Of a stretch of DNA of 64,000 nucleotides, positions 56,951 to 64,000 are shown piece by piece. Each line of letters starts with the position of its first letter. Positions within the stretch are counted from its first letter, which is position 1. Below the pieces are notes generated by a model, which saw nothing but the letters and a program-made list of their open reading frames with translations, ran no database searches and was not told where the DNA came from. Origin of the DNA: Eledone cirrhosa (Eukaryota); contig OZ024744.1 in NCBI GenBank assembly GCA_964016885.1, forward strand, positions 69,068,001 to 69,132,000, written 5' to 3'. The position numbers and the translations under genes are program-made.

Positions 56951-58038
56951 TTAAAACTATGGTAGTGGCTTATTTCACCAGGTCTTCATCGCATGTTATA
57001 TTATCTAAATAATTGTTTCTACTTTTGGCACAAAACCAGCAATTATCTCAGTTCATTACTGGTACTTTATTTTATCGACCCCGTAAGGTTGAAAGGCAAA
57101 GTGAGCCTCGGCGGGAAATAATTAGCAACACCTGCAAACGATTTGCTGACGGATTGAATGGCTAGTTGACTGGCTGGCTATTTGGCTGGTTTGTCATGTA
57201 GCTAGCCAATTAATGGCTTGCAATTGGGCTGGCTGGTTAGATGGATGGATGGCTATTATGCTGACCGATATGTTGGTTGGCTGGATGGTTGTCACTCTAC
57301 ATGGTTTGCTAGTAAGCTGACTGGTTTAGACGGTTGACTGGCCTGCTGTTTGGCTGACTGCTTTTGTTGACTGGCTGGCTAGTAGTGGAATGAAGTCATT
57401 CTCTGTGAAATGACCGTTGTTGTTTGTTTATTTTTGTTGTTGCTGTTGCTGTTACTGTACTGTGGCTACTGCTGCTATTGCTGTTGTTATTGTTGTTGGC
57501 GGTGGGGGTGACGTTGTCTGTGGTTGTGGTGATGACAGTAGTGAAGGTAGTCATGGTAATAGTAATAGTGGCAGTGTTGTTGTTGTGGTTGTTGTTGTTG
57601 TTGTTGTTGGTTGTGATGGTGGTGGTGGTGGTGGTGGTGGTGGTGGTAGCGATGGTGTTGGTGGTGGTGGTGGTGCCGTTGGTATTAGTCAACTTGGATT
57701 CTGGATATTATCTGAGCGCTGTTGACGATATGTAGCATGCATTTATCGTGCTGACAATAGCCGTTCCACTTTGTGGATGTGGAAAGGAGTACGCCTTTAT
57801 TCTTCTTAATTTTAGGGACGGATTTGGAATTAAATTTACAATATTTTGGATTTTCAGGGCATGTACGGCTATTATTTATACTTTATGGTAAAATCTAAAC
57901 AATATATAACCTTGAAATCAAATTTCGAAAAGTAATATTGACAGAGCAGAACTCGAACACGTCGATGACAAGAAGAAGAAGAAGAAGAAGAAGAAGAAGA
58001 AGAAGAAGAAGAAGAAGAAGAAGAAGAAGAAGAAGAAG

Positions 58039-58077
<39 letters not shown>

Positions 58078-58565
58078 AATCTTACCTAAATCAGATGCGA
58101 CCAGGAACACAGGAGGGAAGAGGCGTTGTGTACCTACAAAATAATTGTAAATAACCCCCCCCCCCCCCCCCCCACACACACACACCACGTGAAAAGATGG
58201 TGGGATTGATGCCAACCCAGACACACTAATTCTTCTAAAGACAGCAGCAGTAGAACTAAGGCTGACCTGCCAGCTGACCCCCTAACACCAATAAACACAA
58301 GGGAGGAGGTCAGCTGTACTTAATAAAAACAACCACAACAGATTGCCTCAGAAAAAATGTCTATAGACTTTTGACTGAGAATGTTCTCACAACTGACCAA
58401 TGGGAGGAGAGAGTGTCCTATGATGCCGAAATTAGTTTGTTCGAATTCATATGATTCCAGTTCCTCAGAGAAATAACAACCCAACCAGGAGCTGGACATA
58501 TCGGAGTATTGACGGAGTTAAACACTTTAACAACATGTGTACATGTCTTTACCACACCAATTCGG

Positions 58566-58620
58566 ACTGCCTGAAGAGGTCACAGCCAATGATGGCTGCC
58601 ACCGAAATATATATAGCAGT
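58566..58620 (+). ncRNA. Type I hammerhead ribozyme
   Basis: ACTGC-CTGAAGA-GGTCACAGCCA(atga)TGGCTGCCACC-GAAA-TATATA-TA-GCAGT, about 40 nt before (TA)n. Confidence 0.8.
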
Positions 58621-58653
58621 ACATCTTTAATAAAAGAAGCCAATAAATTACTT

Positions 58654-58690
<37 letters not shown>

Positions 58691-58709
<19 letters not shown>

Positions 58710-59158
58710 AATTAAGTTAAAAATGTACATCCACATATGTATACTGAAATACTAGTATGCATATGAATACACACACGTATACATACGTAGATGTACCGAG
58801 TTTTTCACTGGTCACTTTACTGTGAGTGTCCAGCTATTCTGTATGTAAACACACAGACAAACCGGTTTTTAGAGTCATACTGGTTTTTGAGGAAACACCT
58901 TTCCTCTATTCTCCAGAAAGCCAGACAAGGAATATTGAACTAGTTTCGTTGTTGTTACAACTCATCAGCAATATTTACCTATCTTCCGGCCTTTCTGGAG
59001 AATCGTAAAAGCACATATCGTTATATGCTTTTTCTATGAAAATTAGTAGTGGGCAGACTAATTTGCATAGAGTGTGAGTACGTACCGGTTCAACGGAGAC
59101 GATAAAAACAAATAACGAAACGAAATTATTATAATTTCGTTTCGTTATTTGTTTTTAT
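58691..59158 (-). mobile_element. About 440-bp non-coding HHR-bearing repeat (retrozyme- or pLTR-like) ending in a 57-bp palindrome; partial copy at 451-788
   Basis: Flanked by (TA)n on both sides, with no coding similarity noticed. Confidence 0.7.
58931..58975 (-). ncRNA. Minimal type I hammerhead ribozyme (identical to 671-715)
   Basis: Lies in a dispersed repeat: 451-788 is nearly identical to 58691-59048. Confidence 0.85.
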
Positions 59159-59279
59159 ATATATATATATATAACCAATATATATATAACCAATACTATT
59201 ACTAATTTTCACTTATTCCTAATTAAACTATTTTTCACTGTGAACAATTTGTCAGCATTTTCTTTTCCGTTTACCAATA

Positions 59280-59333
<54 letters not shown>

Positions 59334-59474
59334 TTATTTATTTAGTAAAATAACAGATTAAAGTTTAAGCAAAGAATCGCTGCTTTCACCCTTAACGGGT
59401 TCTTATATATTTGATATATATTTATCTTTATCGAGGCCTTTGGGGATTTTAGTTTTCAAATTTATCATTATTAC

Positions 59475-59519
<45 letters not shown>

Positions 59520-59685
59520 TTTATAGTTATGTATACACTATATACAACTATAAACATGAAAGGTCGGTAAGTTATTACTACCTTATTATCAGAAAGATAA
59601 ATAGCTCAATGTAAATACCTGAGATGTTTTACAGAGCCGGAATATAAGTTACACAATAATCAAAGCTATGTTCAAATCATTTTAT

Positions 59686-59732
59686 TGCTGACAATCGTTT
59701 CTTCTAAACTATCGTTTGGAATCATCGGAGCA
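59686..59732 (-). ncRNA. Minimal hammerhead ribozyme, U4C core variant; mutated inverted copy at 63896-63942 (+)
   Basis: TGCT-CCGATGA-TTCCAAAC(gata)GTTTAGAA-GAAA-CGATTG-TC-AGCA. Confidence 0.7.
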
Positions 59733-60959
59733 TTAGCAATGTGTGTACATATAATTAACCTCCTATTCAACTGAACAATCATATAGGTACATGGATATTA
59801 ATGTTGTTAACAACAGTTTCGCATTTACAGAGTTGAATGGATGCGACATAGATTTCAAGAGAATTGTACAATAATTAAAATTAAAAATTAAAAGTTATAA
59901 GGCACAGAGATTAGTATAACAATTAGAGACATCAAGGTAGAAAGTTACTCGTGAAACGAGGATACTAGCAGTACATATGCAAGCGTATAGAGAGTGCAAA
60001 TGCATTAGGCATATACAGGAAGGAAACAAGCAATGGTACTAGGCATATATAATTTCTGCGAGGCAAAAGTATCACATAAAACAACATATGTTTACAAGCA
60101 GGCAAAGCTGTTTTGTATTTAAATCATTAGTTTATGGTGGCTGTAGTGTGATAATTGTTTCTGTAATATTTAAATGTATATGTGCTGAGAGTATCAATGT
60201 TATTGCTATCTTTTCCATTACATTGGCTATGTTTTATTTTAGTGAATGTTTTTAATCAGCCACAGCCATGGATTGTACACCGGTCCTATTATATTGCTAT
60301 CCGGGGTTCGAGTTGCTGTGGAGTGATTTTACTAACGGTTTAATTTCCGGAAGTGAGTTTGATCTATATTAAGGGGAGCTAATACGAAAGGGGAGGTAAC
60401 TAGCGATTACATTGTTAATGAATTTAGAAAAATATAAAGTTGTTTATAGCTCCAATTAGTTAAAATTCTGTGTGTTGTTATACATTATATTGTGTTATAA
60501 GGGAATCGCTTTTATATAATGCTATTTGTTTGTGTTTGATTTTAAATATAATCTATTTTACATTAAAGGTCCCATTATAGTGTTATCTATCCATTACAGA
60601 ATAAAGTATATGTAATGTATAGAAAACGGGTAAGAATGTATAGTTGTTTACATGTCTAATTAGTTAAATCTCTTGTGCTATTAATATACATTATATTATT
60701 TTATAAGTGAATCTCATATATATAATGCTATTAATTCATATATTTAATTATAAATACAATTTATTTTCCTATACTACATTAAGTGTCTCATCATATTATT
60801 ATTTATCCATTCCTGAATATAATATAAGCAAGATATAGTGGTTATATTAAATGGTGTTAGTTTTATGTTTATTCCTAATAGTTATTGTATAGTATAAAAT
60901 TTGAGATAAAAAGGAGTTAGGTATAGTGATTAGCTGATCACATAGTGTGATGCTGTGGG

Positions 60960-61119
60960 GAGGGCCGTCTTAACGCATGGGCACGCTGGGCAGTTGCCCG
61001 GGGCCACACGAGGATAAGGAGGGCCCATTTGTATTTTTATTCCTGTGAGTGGTTGTGTAGGTAGGGGCCCCAGTGCTCTGCTTTGCCCAGGGGCCTATAA
61101 TGCTGTTAAGACGGCCCTG
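60960..61119. mobile_element. hAT-type MITE inserted in the PLE 3' region
   Basis: TIRs AGGGCCGTCTTAAC/GTTAAGACGGCCCT, with the 8-bp TSD GCTGTGGG at 60952-60959 and 61120-61127. Confidence 0.85.
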
Positions 61120-61229
61120 GCTGTGGGGGCACTAATATTCTGATGAGACCTAGAGGTGAAGTGTTAATGGTGTTGAGGAATTCAGATCTGACATTGTTAT
61201 ATATAAGCAGCTAGGTTTAACGCTAAGGA

Positions 61230-63677
61230 AAGAGTGTCGGTGGTAGTGCTGGCACATCGAAAAAACCTCTGATTTTCTATTTAGGAGGTCTAGCTTAGAA
61301 TAGATTATTGTTCGGGTCTCTAGAAGACAGAGATTACATAATTTATTTGGTGGTTTATACGATGTGGCCCTATCTACTATTTCCCATTGAAGTGTATATG
61401 TTCTATTCCTAGATATCAGCTAGTGTATGTAGCTAGATAAAGACGTGGAGTTGGCTAGATTGCGATTTTTGAAAGTATGGAGATGCGAGTTATATCTCGT
61501 CTTGAAGCAGTTCGAAGTTGAACCGATATATGTTTTAGAAGAGTTGTTTGTGTTGACCGTGCATGAGTAAATGATGTCTTTGATTAAGCAATTTTTACCT
61601 AAGGGGCAAGTTCTATTTGTTCTACAGTTACAGTTATTCTGATTGTTTGCTTGCTGGTTACTATGTTGTGTAGATGCCTGGTTGTTAGGGATGGCATTAG
61701 GGTAATGATGGTTGTCATTCCCATTGTTATTAATTTCATTAGTGCTATTATCATTATTATTATTGCTACTAGAAATTTATGGTACTATGTTGCCCTGTAA
61801 ATTTGCCCCTTGTTGTGATTTAATTAGTTGGAAATAATTATTAATCTTCCTTTTATTTCTACTAGCTATATGGTATGCGATATTAGGTGTGGTAGAGTAA
61901 GAGATTCTAATGGTATTTTTATTGATAAGATTATGGTATGTGTGGCCGGCTGGGAAGTTTTTTTCCAGGATTGAGAAAAAAGCCTTCGGTAAGTTGTGAG
62001 AGACGTTTAGATTGAAAGGGGGATTGAAGAATGTATTAGTTCTTCTATATTTGTTTTTTGTAAAGTTACTTGAGGTATTGTTTATATTTCTGTATATATT
62101 ATTATTGTGGTGTTTATTCTGGTGCGAGTTAAGTTTGATATTACCCTTTGTATTAGAGTTAGAGTGACTAGTACTTTTATCATGTTTCCTCGTGGCCATA
62201 TTATGAGAAATAATGTTGTAACTAGGTGATTTTACAGGTTGAAATTTAATCTCATATTTATGTCCTGATTTAGCTAAGGCCTCATTATAGTATTGGGAAT
62301 TGTTGTTAAATATGGTTTCGTTATATGATAGATTAGAGATTATATTTGATATTCCTTTAGTAACTGAGTTTAATATAGATTTAGGGTGATTAGAGTTGAT
62401 ATCTACATAAAGTAGTTTTTCGTTTGGTTTATGAAAGGGTGTATATATTTTAGAGTCCATGTAAAGGGGAACATCAAGGAAGTTAACGTTTTTAGTGTTT
62501 TTATCTAAGTGTTTTTACCCAAGTTGAAGTTTTTGAAAATTTCATGTAATTGTTTCCCAGTTCTTTCTATATTAAATTTGTTTATAGTCAATAAGAAGTA
62601 GTGCATCATCGCGGTATAAACCACCATCAAGGTAGGTTCCTATGAATTTCATTTAAGAGATATAGGCCGACCAAATCGGTGACTGTGCCGAGTCACTAGA
62701 CCACCCCATAGTTATGTCAAAGTTGTTATGTGTATCCTTGCGGGTCCATAATTGATCTTCAAAAGTAATTATGGTTTTTCGCGCCGCAAGGATGACATCA
62801 ATTTGGGATCTAGTAAGGTCACTATTGTTCATAGCCATAATTAATGCCTTATTTAATAGGATAGGGGAAATAGAAGTGTAGTATGAATTAATATCAAATT
62901 GTATACATTTTTTATTTTTATTTTCTTTAATATTATTGAACCATTCAATAACTTCACCAGTATTTCCCCACTGGTTAAGATACATTTTATGCTTAAATTG
63001 TGGGATGATTCTATCTAATATTTTCTTGCTGATAATTCCAATGTCAGATTTGGAAGGGCAAATTAGTCTTATAGAAGGGTTACTATTAAAGTCTTCCTTA
63101 TGGTCTTTCAGAGAGAATCTTGGGAGGTTAGGGGTGTATGGCGGTGTATGTCTCTAAAGTCCTAATTTACACAGTATACTATAGTTATATCCTCTATATT
63201 TATATCCTCTAGGTTTTTAATAGTGGTTTTCTTATAGCTCATATGTAGTTCTTTATATATAACTTTTCTATATGTATCGTAACCCAGGCTATATATATTA
63301 TTAGTTTTATCTGCATGTACAAGAATTCTTTTATTTTTATTAAATCCTTTAATAGTGGAGTTAGGGTTGTTTAAGAAGGTATTGTTCCTATAATGATGTT
63401 TTTTTAACCTTATGTTCTTAACTAGTTTTATTAGATCATTTTCGAAAGAGTTTAATAAGGTGATGTGAGGAGGGCCTTTAAAAGTGTTAAAGCCGTAAGA
63501 GTCGAAAATGTTTGCATCTCTGTTTTTGTCTGATTTGTTTCTATCGTAATAGAATGTCCTCCATCTCACTCTATTGACAATAGAGTTGACACTATTAATC
63601 AATAATTTTTCGTATGTATCTCTGGATGGTATTGGTATGCTCTTAGTAGACATAGGAATATTATCTTTGATTAGCAT
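61230..63677 (-). pseudogene. Frameshifted PLE RT + GIY-YIG ORF
   Basis: KSIPIPS...RVRWRTF, HADKTNNIY, SLKDHKEDF...RLICPSK, NQWGNTGEVIEWF, QFDINSYYTSIS, FDITMG, GGLYRDD, CNCRTNRTCPL...IIYSC...TYIGSTSNCFKTRYNSH. The 3' boundary is approximate. Confidence 0.9.
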
Positions 63678-64000
63678 ACTACCTTAATGTCTCCAATTGT
63701 TAAACTAATCTCTGTCGCAAGCATTCCACTCTGTGCCTTTTAACTTTTAATTTTTAATTTTAATTATTGTACAATTCTCTTGAAATCTATGTCGCATCCA
63801 TTCCACTCTGTAAATACGAAACAACATTAATATCCATGTATCTATATGATTGTTCTGTTGAATAGGAGGTTAATTATATGTATAAACATTGCTAATGCTC
63901 CGTTGAATCCAAACGATAGTTTGGAAGAAACGATTGTCAGCAATAAAATGATTTGAACATAGCTTTGATTATTGTGTAACTTATATATATATATATTTGT

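Larger units (their letters stand above)
59500..63985 (-). mobile_element. Decayed near-full-length Penelope-like element (Nematis-like) with an inverted pLTR at its 5' end
   Basis: About 59644-59940 is the reverse complement of about 63679-63985. Both ends abut TA/TAA runs, and an RT/GIY-YIG pseudo-ORF lies inside. Confidence 0.85.

Overview
AT-rich, repeat-saturated animal genomic DNA. A cephalopod such as octopus is likely, judged only from the SINE types and microsatellite load. No host gene can be supported, and most ORFs in the track are translations of microsatellites. The real coding content is retrotransposon-derived: (1) a nearly intact Penelope-like element (PLE; RT plus C-terminal GIY-YIG, Naiad-like) at 37641-42060, joined head-to-head to a 5'-truncated inverted twin at 34581-37640; (2) two decayed Nematis-like PLEs; (3) fragments of CR1, RTE, R4/Dong, CRE-like and Tx1-like LINEs. 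tRNA-derived SINEs, Helitron-like elements and a hAT MITE are also present. The striking hidden signal is about 20 minimal type I hammerhead ribozyme (HHR) motifs from more than a dozen sequence-unrelated families. Most sit in short head-to-head fold-back cassettes whose ends run into (TA)n. One family forms a tandem ~422-nt HHR-bearing dimer with the architecture of a non-LTR retrozyme. All folds and alignments were read by eye and need computational and biochemical confirmation.
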